This document shows, one piece after another, positions 8,771 through 18,450 of a stretch of DNA of 64,000 nucleotides. How positions within the stretch are numbered: position 1 is the first letter of the stretch; every line of letters starts with the position of its first letter. The stretch comes from an uncultured Desulfopila sp. (GTDB taxonomy: Bacteria; Desulfobacterota; Desulfobulbia; Desulfobulbales; Desulfocapsaceae): NCBI GenBank assembly GCA_964446655.1, contig CAYUPL010000003.1, forward strand, positions 54,477 to 118,476, in the 5' to 3' direction. The notes under the pieces were generated by a model that did no database searches, was not told where the DNA came from, and saw nothing but the letters and a program-made list of their open reading frames with translations. The translations under genes and the position numbers were made by a program.

Positions 8771-9775
8771 ATGCTGATTTTAGGAATTGAAAGTTCTTGT
8801 GACGACACCGCCGCTGCGGTGCTGCAAGACGACCAGCGGGTTCTTGCCAATGTGGTGAGCAGTCAGGACAGCATTCACGCCAGATTCGGCGGAGTCGTTC
8901 CAGAACTTGCATCAAGGAGTCATCTGCAATCGATCCACCCTGTCGTGGAAGAAGCATTGTATCGCGCCGGAACGACCTTACCGGATATTGACCTTATAGC
9001 AGTAACACAAGGTCCCGGGCTTATCGGTTCACTTCTGGTTGGTTTCTGTTATGGCAAAGCTCTCGCCAGTGTCAGCAAAACGCCATATATAGGTGTTGAT
9101 CATATGACCGGCCATCTTCTTTCAATTTTTCTTGAAGGACAAACGGTTAATTTTCCCTATATTGCATTAATTGTTTCAGGTGGGACAACGTCTCTTTTCC
9201 TGTGTAAAGGATATACGGATTTCTCTCTCTTAGGCCGGACTCGGGATGACGCCGCCGGTGAAGCATTTGATAAAGTGGCCAAAATACTGGACCTGGGATA
9301 TCCCGGCGGTCCTTTAGTCTCTAAAAAAGCGGAAAAAGGCCAAATTGATGCTTTCCGCTTCCCCAGGGCATGGTTGGAAAACGCTTCTCTTGATTTCAGC
9401 TTCAGTGGTCTCAAAACAGCCGTCTTCAACACCTACAACAGCTGTCGTACAGCCGGAGACATCCCTGTTGCCGACATTTGCGCCTCGTTTGAGCAGGCTG
9501 TTGTGGATGTTCTCGTCGAAAAAACTCTCAATGCCGCTAAGCAGCACATGGCGGACACCGTTGTCCTCGGAGGAGGGGTATCTGCCAACCGGCGGTTGCG
9601 CAGTTCCATGACTCAGCAATGTCTGCAAAACAATTTAAAGCTTTTTCTACCACAAATACAATATTGTACAGACAATGCAGCCATGATTGCCCTGGCAGGC
9701 TATTACAGGTATCTTGAGTCACCTCTTCCTTTCTCGTTTAACGCCGACGTCTTTTCCCGCTCACAACTAGGCTGA
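8771..9775 (+). CDS. tsaD: tRNA N6-adenosine threonylcarbamoyltransferase TsaD
   Basis: MLILGIESSCDDTAAAV, VDHMTGHL and SGGVSAN motifs of the Kae1/Gcp/TsaD family. Confidence 0.95.
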   Translation: MLILGIESSCDDTAAAVLQDDQRVLANVVSSQDSIHARFGGVVPELASRSHLQSIHPVVEEALYRAGTTLPDIDLIAVTQGPGLIGSLLVGFCYGKALASVSKTPYIGVDHMTGHLLSIFLEGQTVNFPYIALIVSGGTTSLFLCKGYTDFSLLGRTRDDAAGEAFDKVAKILDLGYPGGPLVSKKAEKGQIDAFRFPRAWLENASLDFSFSGLKTAVFNTYNSCRTAGDIPVADICASFEQAVVDVLVEKTLNAAKQHMADTVVLGGGVSANRRLRSSMTQQCLQNNLKLFLPQIQYCTDNAAMIALAGYYRYLESPLPFSFNADVFSRSQLG

Positions 9776-9884
9776 CAATGAGGCAACCCATTCTTAAAAT
9801 GCAGGTACGACGCATATTGCTTACTTAAAGAGAAGAACCATTATGCCATGAACATGGCTCAAAAACATTTTTTTACTGACAGAT

Positions 9885-10784
9885 ATGGCCAAACACATCA
9901 CAAGAAATATTCTCCAAAAGCACAACCTTGCCCCTAAAAAACGATTCGGCCAGAATTTTCTCATTAATCCAAACACAGCTCAGGCTATTGCTTCCTGTGG
10001 CAATATAGGCGATCACGATTGTATTGTCGAAGTCGGAGTAGGCCTTGGCGCTCTGACCCTTCCCCTGGCAAAACGGGCCCAAAGAGTCGTTGGCATTGAA
10101 GTGGACAGTGGTATAGTCCGTTATCATAATGAGGGACATACACTGCCGCAAAATGTTACTCTGCTTCATGGTGACATTCTCAGTCTCGACTTCAAGGAAC
10201 TGGTCCAGCAGTGTGGTGGAGCGCTGAAAATATTTGCCAATCTGCCATATTCCATTTCTAACCCTTTTATTTTCAAGCTCATCGATAATCGAAAATATCT
10301 AGATTGGGTTATTGTTATGCTGCAAAAAGAAGTGGCCGAACGGCTCATGGCCGCACCATCCACCAAGGAGTATGGTATACCAACGGTTTTGCTAGGAAGT
10401 TGCGCCACTGCCGCAAAGCTTAAAAGTTTAGGTCCGCAGGAGTTTCATCCGCGACCCAAAATAGATTCCCTGCTGATACGTCTCGATTTTTTTGAATATC
10501 ACTGTAAATACATTGATTTACCATGTTTCAGCCATAGCCTTTTAAGCAAAATTGTGAGAACCGCTTTTGCCAAAAGGCGAAAAACTCTTCTTAACAATCT
10601 GATCAGCCTAGAGTTCACAACAGCCTCACAGGAAAAAACCCTGAAGAAGGAGATACTCCTTAAAGCCTTACGGGAAGCCTGTCTTGCCCCGGAAGAGCGC
10701 GCCGAAAACCTCAGTGTCGCTGATTTTATCAGACTAAGTCTTGCTCTAGAGAAAAACAGCGTCCGAGAAGATGTATTGCCGTGA
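9885..10784 (+). CDS. rsmA: 16S rRNA (adenine1518/1519-N6)-dimethyltransferase RsmA/KsgA
   Basis: KKRFGQNFL, EVGVGLGALT and NLPYSIS motifs. Confidence 0.94.
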   Translation: MAKHITRNILQKHNLAPKKRFGQNFLINPNTAQAIASCGNIGDHDCIVEVGVGLGALTLPLAKRAQRVVGIEVDSGIVRYHNEGHTLPQNVTLLHGDILSLDFKELVQQCGGALKIFANLPYSISNPFIFKLIDNRKYLDWVIVMLQKEVAERLMAAPSTKEYGIPTVLLGSCATAAKLKSLGPQEFHPRPKIDSLLIRLDFFEYHCKYIDLPCFSHSLLSKIVRTAFAKRRKTLLNNLISLEFTTASQEKTLKKEILLKALREACLAPEERAENLSVADFIRLSLALEKNSVREDVLP

Positions 10785-11959
10785 AAAACTTTGTCTTTCA
10801 TAATCCCACTAAAATACTCTTCGGCAAAAATACCATTGCCGCCATTGGCCCGGAAACGAGGCAATACGGCAAAAAAGTTCTACTTGTATATGGCCGCAGG
10901 TCTCTTCGGCAAAATGGTATTCTTACACAAATTTCGGATTCGTTGCAGAATGCCGGCTGTTCTGTTGCCGATTATGGCGACATCTCCCCCAATCCGACCC
11001 TCACTCAGGTTTATGAAGGTGTAAAAAGGTTTCGGCAACATCACTGCGATACCATATGCGCCGCAGGTGGCGGTTCTGTAATCGATACGGCGAAAGCAAT
11101 CAGCTGTGCCGTACCGGTTGACCATGATGTCTGGAAATTTTTTACCACCAAAAAGAGTATTAAGGTCGCAATCCCTGTGACATGCGTGGCAACGGTCGCC
11201 GGTTCCGGCTCTGAAAGCAATTCGGGCATGGTGATTACGAATGAAGGCAAACAACAGAAATTCGGCTACGGCAGCCGTTTTCTCAATCCAAAAGTCTCTG
11301 TGATCAGCCCGGAAACCACTTTTTCGGTCTCAAGAGAACAAACTGCTTATGGCGCGATAGACATCCTCTCTCATCTGGTGGAGTTTTACTGCAATAACTC
11401 AGTTGAGTCACCGACCGTGCAAAACAGGATTTTGGAGGGGATTATTGAAAGCGTGATGGAGAACACGGAAATTGCGTTGCGCAATCCTCTGGACTATCAG
11501 GCACGAGCACAATTGATGTGGGCAGCCTCGTTGTCACTCAGTGGTATAACCTCCGCCGGCCTTGGCAGAGTCAGCATGCCGATTCATCTCATCGAACATT
11601 CTCTTTCGGCGCTGCATAACACCAATCATGGTGCCGGCCTTTCTCTCATTCTTCCAGCCTGGATGAAGTATACAGCCTCGACTCAACCGGAAAAAACAGC
11701 GCAGCTGGGCCGGAGAATTTTCGGTCTGCGGGATAATGATGTTGTCAATGAGGCATCTGCTACGGCAATCCGCTTTAAGAAATGGTTTGTTAGTATTGGT
11801 TGCCCTGCATCACTGGAAGAGCTGCAGGTTTCCAAAGACCAGCTTTTTGCAATCAGCGAAAACACCAAACATCTTGCGAAAATATGGCGTCTGTCCCAAT
11901 ACGACAGTCGGACAGTCCTGGCGATACTTGATAGTTGTCTCTCGCCAAGGCACCTTTAG
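10781..11959 (+). CDS. Iron-containing (group III) alcohol dehydrogenase, YqhD/butanol-DH-like
   Basis: NFVFHNPTKILFG, AAGGGSVIDTAK and conserved His cluster (HSLSALHNTNHG). GTG start overlaps the rsmA stop. Confidence 0.85.
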   Translation: MKNFVFHNPTKILFGKNTIAAIGPETRQYGKKVLLVYGRRSLRQNGILTQISDSLQNAGCSVADYGDISPNPTLTQVYEGVKRFRQHHCDTICAAGGGSVIDTAKAISCAVPVDHDVWKFFTTKKSIKVAIPVTCVATVAGSGSESNSGMVITNEGKQQKFGYGSRFLNPKVSVISPETTFSVSREQTAYGAIDILSHLVEFYCNNSVESPTVQNRILEGIIESVMENTEIALRNPLDYQARAQLMWAASLSLSGITSAGLGRVSMPIHLIEHSLSALHNTNHGAGLSLILPAWMKYTASTQPEKTAQLGRRIFGLRDNDVVNEASATAIRFKKWFVSIGCPASLEELQVSKDQLFAISENTKHLAKIWRLSQYDSRTVLAILDSCLSPRHL

Positions 11960-11985
11960 CCCCGATTTTACTGAAGAAGACCTTT

Positions 11986-14037
11986 TTATTGTCCTACATC
12001 GTTATCTGTATCTTCAATCTGATTGTCCATGTCGGCAGCAGCGTCGCTATCGCCTGAGACGTGCAGACCCGGTAAAGTCAGATTTCTTACTTTTTCTTCC
12101 TTGAATTCCAGACCCGCGGCTTCCACAACCCGTCGCACAACTCTGTTGGAAACCCGCTTACCTTTCGCATTCGCTCCTTTAATAAGTATTTCCTCAAAAT
12201 CAATCTCAACTATGTTGGACTTGGCTCGCGGTGACGGAATCAAGCTCACCCGAGCATACTTGTCCCGACCGAGAAGAAGAAGAAGTATCCGGGACCGTTT
12301 ATGCTGCGGGAACAGAAAGTATTCCTTTTCCAGAATGAATTTTGGCGTAGTAAACCGCTTAACATAGGACATGTTCTCGAGGCCGTCTCGATATACAATA
12401 TTGAAACACTGGTCCTTTTCCACAGTTCCGAACCATTCCAGCTCATGTCCGACAAAGAGTTTATCTACGACAGGAATGACCTTATACATACCATTTGAAA
12501 AAATAAGCAAAAGCTTGTCATACTCAGAACAGGCGACAGTCATATCACCTTTGTCGTCTTCCATTTTCAGGCTGTATCCGAGAAATCCGTTTGAACGGTT
12601 ATAGATTACATTGAGATTATTTAACGCAACCTTGCGAATGCTCACCTCTGTAAACTGGGTGATTTCAGTTTGCCTCTGCTGGTCTCTGCCGTATTTTTCC
12701 AAAAGCCTGTCTATATAGGAAACCGTAAACCCAATGGTATCTTTGAGACTGTTCCGCACCTCTTTTATGGCGCTGTTTATGGCGCGAATTTCTTTATGCT
12801 GCTTATCGATGTCGTATCTCGATATTCGCTTTATGCGTATTTCAAGCAACTTTTCGACATCCTCTTTGCTGACATCCCGAACCAGTTCCTCTCGAAAGGG
12901 AAGAAGAGACTGTTCTACGGTCTGCATCACCCCTTTATAGCTCTTTTCTTCCTCTATCTGTTTGTAGAGACGCTCTTCAATAAAAATCTGTTCCAGCTTT
13001 CTGGCATGCAACCTCTCCAATAGCCGGCTCAATTCAATTTCCAACTCTTTGGTGAGGTCTGCCACCAGTTTGGCTGTATTGTGACGTAACACCTCTGTAG
13101 CAGTGCTTGTCTCTGGAATTTCGTCCTTTATCAGGGTCAGATTGGGACTTATTGAGACCTCACAGTCTGTAAAGGCATAGAGCGCTTTAATGGTATCTTT
13201 GGCATAAATACCTCGTGCCAGCTTGATCTCTATCTCTACTTCTTCAGCCGTATAATCGTTGATTGAGGTAATTTTCAGCTTGCCGGCCTTGGCGGCTTTT
13301 TCCACAGAATCTATCAGCGATTCCGTAGTAGTGGAGTACGGTATTTCCTTTATAACAATTGTTTTTTCATTAACCTCTTCGATTTTTGCTCTACAGCGAA
13401 TTTTACCGTTGCCGTCTTCATATTGCGAAACGTCAAGAAGTCCCTTTTTTATAAAATCAGGGTAGATGACAAACTCTTCTTGTCGTAAAATTGCTTTCTG
13501 AGCCTCCAAAAGTTCACAAAAATTATGCGGCATTATCTTGGTTGCCATACCCACCGCAATGCCCTCGGCGCCAAGGAGAAGCAGCATGGGTATTTTGGCG
13601 GGCAGTGAGACAGGCTCAAGCATACGTCCATCATAGGACTCTTCATACTCTGTCAAATCTTTGTTAAAAAGGACCTCCTTGGCCAGGGGGGTCAGACGAC
13701 ACTCAATGTATCGTGCGGCGGAAGCCTCGTCACCCGTAAAAATATTACCGAAGTTTCCCTGAGTTTCGATAAGGAAACCTTTATTGGCAAGATTTACCAG
13801 AGCTGCAAAAATGGATTGGTCGCCATGGGGATGCAGCTTCATCGTTTCGCCGACGACATTGGCAACTTTATGAAACCTGCCATCCTCCATATTATGGAGG
13901 GTCTGCAGAATTCTACGCTGCACCGGCTTAAAGCCGTCATTGATATCCGGAATGGCCCTTTCTCGAATTACATAAGAGGTATACTCAAGAAAGTTCTCAT
14001 CAAATAGCTTGTGTAGTTTTCCGTGCGGTGTATACAT
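11986..14037 (-). CDS. parC: Type IIA topoisomerase subunit A, topo IV (ParC)-like, compact form
   Basis: FKPVQRRIL, HPHGD and catalytic-Tyr context AARYIECRL. I saw no GyrA-box (QRRGGKG). It is 683 aa with a short C-terminal domain and an acidic tail. Confidence 0.8.
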   Translation of the reverse strand: MYTPHGKLHKLFDENFLEYTSYVIRERAIPDINDGFKPVQRRILQTLHNMEDGRFHKVANVVGETMKLHPHGDQSIFAALVNLANKGFLIETQGNFGNIFTGDEASAARYIECRLTPLAKEVLFNKDLTEYEESYDGRMLEPVSLPAKIPMLLLLGAEGIAVGMATKIMPHNFCELLEAQKAILRQEEFVIYPDFIKKGLLDVSQYEDGNGKIRCRAKIEEVNEKTIVIKEIPYSTTTESLIDSVEKAAKAGKLKITSINDYTAEEVEIEIKLARGIYAKDTIKALYAFTDCEVSISPNLTLIKDEIPETSTATEVLRHNTAKLVADLTKELEIELSRLLERLHARKLEQIFIEERLYKQIEEEKSYKGVMQTVEQSLLPFREELVRDVSKEDVEKLLEIRIKRISRYDIDKQHKEIRAINSAIKEVRNSLKDTIGFTVSYIDRLLEKYGRDQQRQTEITQFTEVSIRKVALNNLNVIYNRSNGFLGYSLKMEDDKGDMTVACSEYDKLLLIFSNGMYKVIPVVDKLFVGHELEWFGTVEKDQCFNIVYRDGLENMSYVKRFTTPKFILEKEYFLFPQHKRSRILLLLLGRDKYARVSLIPSPRAKSNIVEIDFEEILIKGANAKGKRVSNRVVRRVVEAAGLEFKEEKVRNLTLPGLHVSGDSDAAADMDNQIEDTDNDVGQ

Positions 14038-14158
14038 TGCAGAACTTTTCAGATTAGTAATTTTTTTTGCCTGAGGTAATCCGGGTGGTGGGCTTTTGCT
14101 GCTTTAGTCAGCTATGGGACGATTTTGTGATGATACTAGCCCGGATAATTCTAAAATG

Positions 14159-15985
14159 CTAAACAAGATGCTCCATTATATACTGCTTTCTGTCCGGAGT
14201 GTTTTTGCCCATATAAAACCGCAAAACCTTTGCCACCTCACTGACCGAATCCATGGTAACACTGCGTAATCGTATATCCGGCCCGATAAATTGTTTAAAT
14301 TCCTTGGGAGAAATTTCTCCCAAACCTTTAAATCTAGTTGTTTCTACAGCTTTTTCTGCTTTCCCACTTCCCTTTAGTTTTCGTGTAGCACTTTCTTTTT
14401 CTTTTTCGGAGTAACAATAGATGGTTTCTTTCTTATTGCGAACACGATAAATGGGAGTCTCAAGGATATATACGTAGCCAAGTTTGACCAATGGCTCGAA
14501 GTAATGGAGAAAGAAAGTCAACAACAGATTACGGATGTGGAGACCATCGACATCGGCATCCGTTGCCAGGATAATTTTATCAAAGCGCAGATTGGAAATT
14601 GAGTCTTCCACATCGAGTGCCCGCATAAGCGAATACATCTCTTCATTTTTATATAATACGGCAAGTTTTTGTCCGAAAACGTTCATGGGCTTCCCCTTGA
14701 GAGAGAAAACCGCCTGGACCATCGGATCTCTGGAAGAAACGATAGACCCTGCCGCCGATTGCCCTTCCGTGATAAAAATCATGTTCTCCCGGCCTTCAGA
14801 AGATGGTTTTGCCTTTGAAGGATGATATTTGCAATCTTTCAATTGAGATATTTTAAGTGCAACCTTTTTGGCCTTGGCACGTGCTTCCCGGCGCACACTC
14901 TGCAGCTCTTTTCTTACTTTTTCATTACGAAGAACCTTTTCTATCATGATTTCGGCCGCTTCAGTATCCTTATACAAGGCACTGGAAACGGCATCCTTGA
15001 CTGTATTGACAATCCAGGATCGGACCTCGGTATTACCAAGCTTATTTTTGGTCTGTGACTCAAAAACAGGCTCCTTGACCTTGATAGCTAACGTACCCAC
15101 TAATCCGTCCCGTACATCCTTGCTGACGAATTTTTTGCCGGAATATTCGTTGATTCCTTTGAGGATACCTTCCCGGAAAGCGGATAAATGGGTACCTCCT
15201 TCACTGGTATAGGTGCCATTGACAAAGGTGTAATAGGTGTCGCCATAGGAATCGATATGAGCAAGAGCGAACTCCAAAGTGGCATCTTTATAATAAAGGG
15301 GAAAATAAAGCGCCCCGCCATCAAGCTCTTTTTCGAGTAAGTCCTGCAGTCCCTTTGAGGAATGGTAACAGGTTTTATTGAGATAGAGTTTCAGGCCGGC
15401 ATTGAGATAGGCATAACGCCACAACCTTTTATCGACAAAGTCAAGATCGAAAAAGTAGTTTGGAAAAAGGAGAGGGTCCGGTTCAAATTCAATCAATGTT
15501 CCGTTTTTTTCAGTGCTTTCTCCACTGGCTTCCTCGACAAGCTTGCCCCTTGCAAAAGTCGCAGAGGCAAACTGTCCTTCGCGAAAAGCAGAGACTTTGA
15601 AGGATCGTGATAAAGCATTGACGGCTTTAGTGCCAACCCCATTAAGACCCACGGAAAATTGAAAGACATCCGTATTGTATTTTGCGCCGGTGTTGATTGT
15701 TGAAACGCAATCAACTAATTTCCCCAACGGTATTCCTCGGCCGAAATCTCGTACCGAGAGACAACCATTATCGCCAATAGTAATATTTATTCTCTTGCCC
15801 GAGCCCATGATAAATTCATCTACGGCGTTGTCAACAACTTCTTTTAAGAGGATGTATATGCCGTCATCCTGATGACTACCATCACCTAGACGTCCGATAT
15901 ACATACCCGGTCGTTTACGGATATGTTCAAGAGAACTGAGCGTCTTAATCTTACTTTCGTCGTATATATCAGCGGATACACTCAT
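14159..15985 (-). CDS. parE: Type IIA topoisomerase subunit B, topo IV (ParE)-like
   Basis: GHKL ATPase N-terminus (LEHIRKRPGMYIG, EVVDNAVDE, GLNGVG), Toprim EGQSA and ATDADVDGLHI. Located 121 nt upstream of the A subunit on the same strand. Confidence 0.85.
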   Translation of the reverse strand: MSVSADIYDESKIKTLSSLEHIRKRPGMYIGRLGDGSHQDDGIYILLKEVVDNAVDEFIMGSGKRINITIGDNGCLSVRDFGRGIPLGKLVDCVSTINTGAKYNTDVFQFSVGLNGVGTKAVNALSRSFKVSAFREGQFASATFARGKLVEEASGESTEKNGTLIEFEPDPLLFPNYFFDLDFVDKRLWRYAYLNAGLKLYLNKTCYHSSKGLQDLLEKELDGGALYFPLYYKDATLEFALAHIDSYGDTYYTFVNGTYTSEGGTHLSAFREGILKGINEYSGKKFVSKDVRDGLVGTLAIKVKEPVFESQTKNKLGNTEVRSWIVNTVKDAVSSALYKDTEAAEIMIEKVLRNEKVRKELQSVRREARAKAKKVALKISQLKDCKYHPSKAKPSSEGRENMIFITEGQSAAGSIVSSRDPMVQAVFSLKGKPMNVFGQKLAVLYKNEEMYSLMRALDVEDSISNLRFDKIILATDADVDGLHIRNLLLTFFLHYFEPLVKLGYVYILETPIYRVRNKKETIYCYSEKEKESATRKLKGSGKAEKAVETTRFKGLGEISPKEFKQFIGPDIRLRSVTMDSVSEVAKVLRFYMGKNTPDRKQYIMEHLV

Positions 15986-16355
15986 ATTTTAGCTACTGGT
16001 CTGAATTAACAATGTGATGGAAAATTGCCGAAATACTATTGTATTTGAAGTTTTTTATCAACACATCTCTCGTGAGAGCCTAAGAATAAAATCTCTGCAG
16101 CATTGCCGGTGTCCATGCTGAAAAAAGCAGATACTCTAAGTACCAAGTATATCATTTCCGACTTGTTGGTTATCTATTAATTCGGTATTGTCTGGCCTGG
16201 CGGCTCAAATGACATTGAAGATCACAGCAAAATGAGTACACGGTATGAACACTTTCCATGCTGACCTAGCCGGTTTCAGATCTACCATGAAATGCTGATT
16301 TTTGGCAGATCTTCACTGATGATTATGACATATTCTCTCGATTCTCTTCTTTCGC

Positions 16356-17570
16356 ATGAATTTTTATAAACAAAAGCCCTTACTGCTCTACAGTTACCTT
16401 GCAACTGAAATGCTGGCCCCTTTTTTTGCAAGTTTTATAATCATGAACTGTATATTTTTTCTGGTAAAGCTCATCCCATTTCTTGATATTGTTTTGGAGT
16501 TTGATATCCGATTTTCAGACTTTATCCGTTCCTTCTCCTACCTTTTTCCCAATATGCTGGTCTATTCCATCCCCATGGCTTCAATGATGGGAATTATTAT
16601 TGGATTCACCCGGCTGAACAACGATGTGGAAATACTTGCCCTGAAAGCGTGTGGGCTAAGTCTTTACAATGCACTTCCCCCGGTAATACTCGTGTCTCTG
16701 GTTTTCTCGATCATATCAGCGTATGTTTCCATCAATCTTATCCCGGCTGGAGAAGTAGCCATGAAGCAGCTGTTTTACCAGCTGACCAAGGAAAAAATCA
16801 ACCAGGGAATCAAAGAAAAAGAGTTTACTTCAGCACTGGGCGATCTTGTTGTTTACGTAGAGGAGGTAGATGCAACCACAAATGAATGGCGAAATGTATG
16901 GGTATCGGATTTGAGGGATCAGCAAACCCCGACAATAACCATGGCCCAATCCGGAGCCATGACTGCTGATATTGAAACAATGATCGTCACTATCGATCTG
17001 TTCAACGGAAGTCTTCATCGGACAGCTGAAGAGCAAGGTCAGATTGTGGCTTTTGATAACTACAGAGTCAACATCCCGATTAATCTTCCGGCGAGCAGTA
17101 TCACCATGGTCGGCATAGCTGCAAAAAGCATGAATGAGCTCCAGGAGGTCGCCAGGATACATGGCCCGGACAGTGAGATAGGCCGCCGTCACCTTATCCA
17201 ATACTATAAGAGACTTGTTCTCCCTGTCGGCTGTTTTATAATGAGCCTTATGGCTCTGCCTCTGGGGCTGCAGTCTGGTCCCGGGAGACGCGCCGCAGGT
17301 ATTCCACTGGGGCTCGGCGTTTTTATTTTATATTATGTGCTCTATACAATAGGCAAGACTCTAGCAGAAGACTCAAACCTGCCTGTGGCTTTTGCCATGT
17401 GGGTACCAAATTTTTTCTTTTTCGTTGTGACATGCCTTGCCATCTACAGGGTTGCCAACGAAAAACCACTCGTATCCGAATCACTGAGTAATAGATTCAT
17501 CATGCTTCAGCAATATCTTGAAGATATGCATAAGAAACGACAAAAATACCGCAAAGAAAAAGCCGGATAA
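16356..17570 (+). CDS. lptF: LptF/LptG family LPS export permease
   Basis: YjgP/YjgQ architecture: three N-terminal TM helices, a periplasmic beta-jellyroll region and three C-terminal TM helices. No partner permease is adjacent. Confidence 0.75.
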   Translation: MNFYKQKPLLLYSYLATEMLAPFFASFIIMNCIFFLVKLIPFLDIVLEFDIRFSDFIRSFSYLFPNMLVYSIPMASMMGIIIGFTRLNNDVEILALKACGLSLYNALPPVILVSLVFSIISAYVSINLIPAGEVAMKQLFYQLTKEKINQGIKEKEFTSALGDLVVYVEEVDATTNEWRNVWVSDLRDQQTPTITMAQSGAMTADIETMIVTIDLFNGSLHRTAEEQGQIVAFDNYRVNIPINLPASSITMVGIAAKSMNELQEVARIHGPDSEIGRRHLIQYYKRLVLPVGCFIMSLMALPLGLQSGPGRRAAGIPLGLGVFILYYVLYTIGKTLAEDSNLPVAFAMWVPNFFFFVVTCLAIYRVANEKPLVSESLSNRFIMLQQYLEDMHKKRQKYRKEKAG

Positions 17571-17579
17571 CCCAGACAT

Positions 17580-18209
17580 CTATTCGGTTTTTTCAAGATT
17601 AGCGGCCTCTCCGATGGCTTTTTTCAGGGCTGCAAGGTGGACATACCCAGCATAATGAACGGGACTTTTACCGGATATCGGATCAAACGCTGCCGGATTA
17701 GCATAACAATTCTGCTGTACTCTTAGCGGCAAGAGATGTGAGGCCCTGTCAACAGAACAGCCTACCACATCAAGAATTGCAGCCCACGTTGCACCACATG
17801 GCGCACCCCGCAGTACCTCGATGTCTACAATCATGTTCTCTTCCACAGTAACCCTGTACTCGGGAAAGCCGAACTGCTTACCATATTCACCAAGTTTTTC
17901 ACTTTTACCAAGACCGCAACACGTAAAAGGCGTATACCCCTCACCAGGCTTGCCGGTAGTTATAACAGGAATTGCTTTATTCTGGCAGATCTCCACTAAA
18001 TAATCCGATAAGTCGGGATGCCTGATATAATTCAGGACGAGGTCTGCCGTAAAATCGGTGTTGATATATTTTTCCGGGTGATCGATAACTTCAGAAAATA
18101 TATTATCAATCGAGAAGATCTTCTTAATTATTATATTTTTGCCGTATTTCCCTATTCCTGCAATTTTCATCTCAGCTGAACCGTTCTGCTGAAAAACTAT
18201 AATATTCAT
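17580..18209 (-). CDS. DUF166 (COG1810) family protein, function unknown
   Basis: Cys-rich pattern (FTCCGLG, GAPCGATW, QQNCYANP) recalled as DUF166. Start moved to the ATG at 18209, which is preceded by GAGGGAAG. Confidence 0.55.
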   Translation of the reverse strand: MNIIVFQQNGSAEMKIAGIGKYGKNIIIKKIFSIDNIFSEVIDHPEKYINTDFTADLVLNYIRHPDLSDYLVEICQNKAIPVITTGKPGEGYTPFTCCGLGKSEKLGEYGKQFGFPEYRVTVEENMIVDIEVLRGAPCGATWAAILDVVGCSVDRASHLLPLRVQQNCYANPAAFDPISGKSPVHYAGYVHLAALKKAIGEAANLEKTE

Positions 18210-18450
18210 ACTTCCCTCATTCTCAAAGATTCTAATCATCCATTATCTATCACTCTCTTTCTAATAAGCATCATGTAGCTATGGAGACATTTTTACGGAT
18301 TTTACAATTATATGGCATATTAAAGGCAATTACATTAAAATGAAATATACTTCTTACTGTAGCATACTTTGCAATACAGCCCCAATACAAACGTAACTAT
18401 CTCGTCTCTCCTTTAGAGACCCTATTACCAACAGCCTTGGAGACATCTCT

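Noticed and set aside
14071-14154. Short matches to the element termini (TGAGGTAATCCGGGTG and TAGCCCGGATAATTCT) in the parE-parC spacer, plus TAGCTGACTT at 4741 and TAACCCGG at about 58094
   Set aside because: These exact matches are only 8-12 nt long. Dozens to hundreds of such pairwise matches are expected by chance in a 64-kb window on both strands, so they cannot be called copies without genome-wide evidence.
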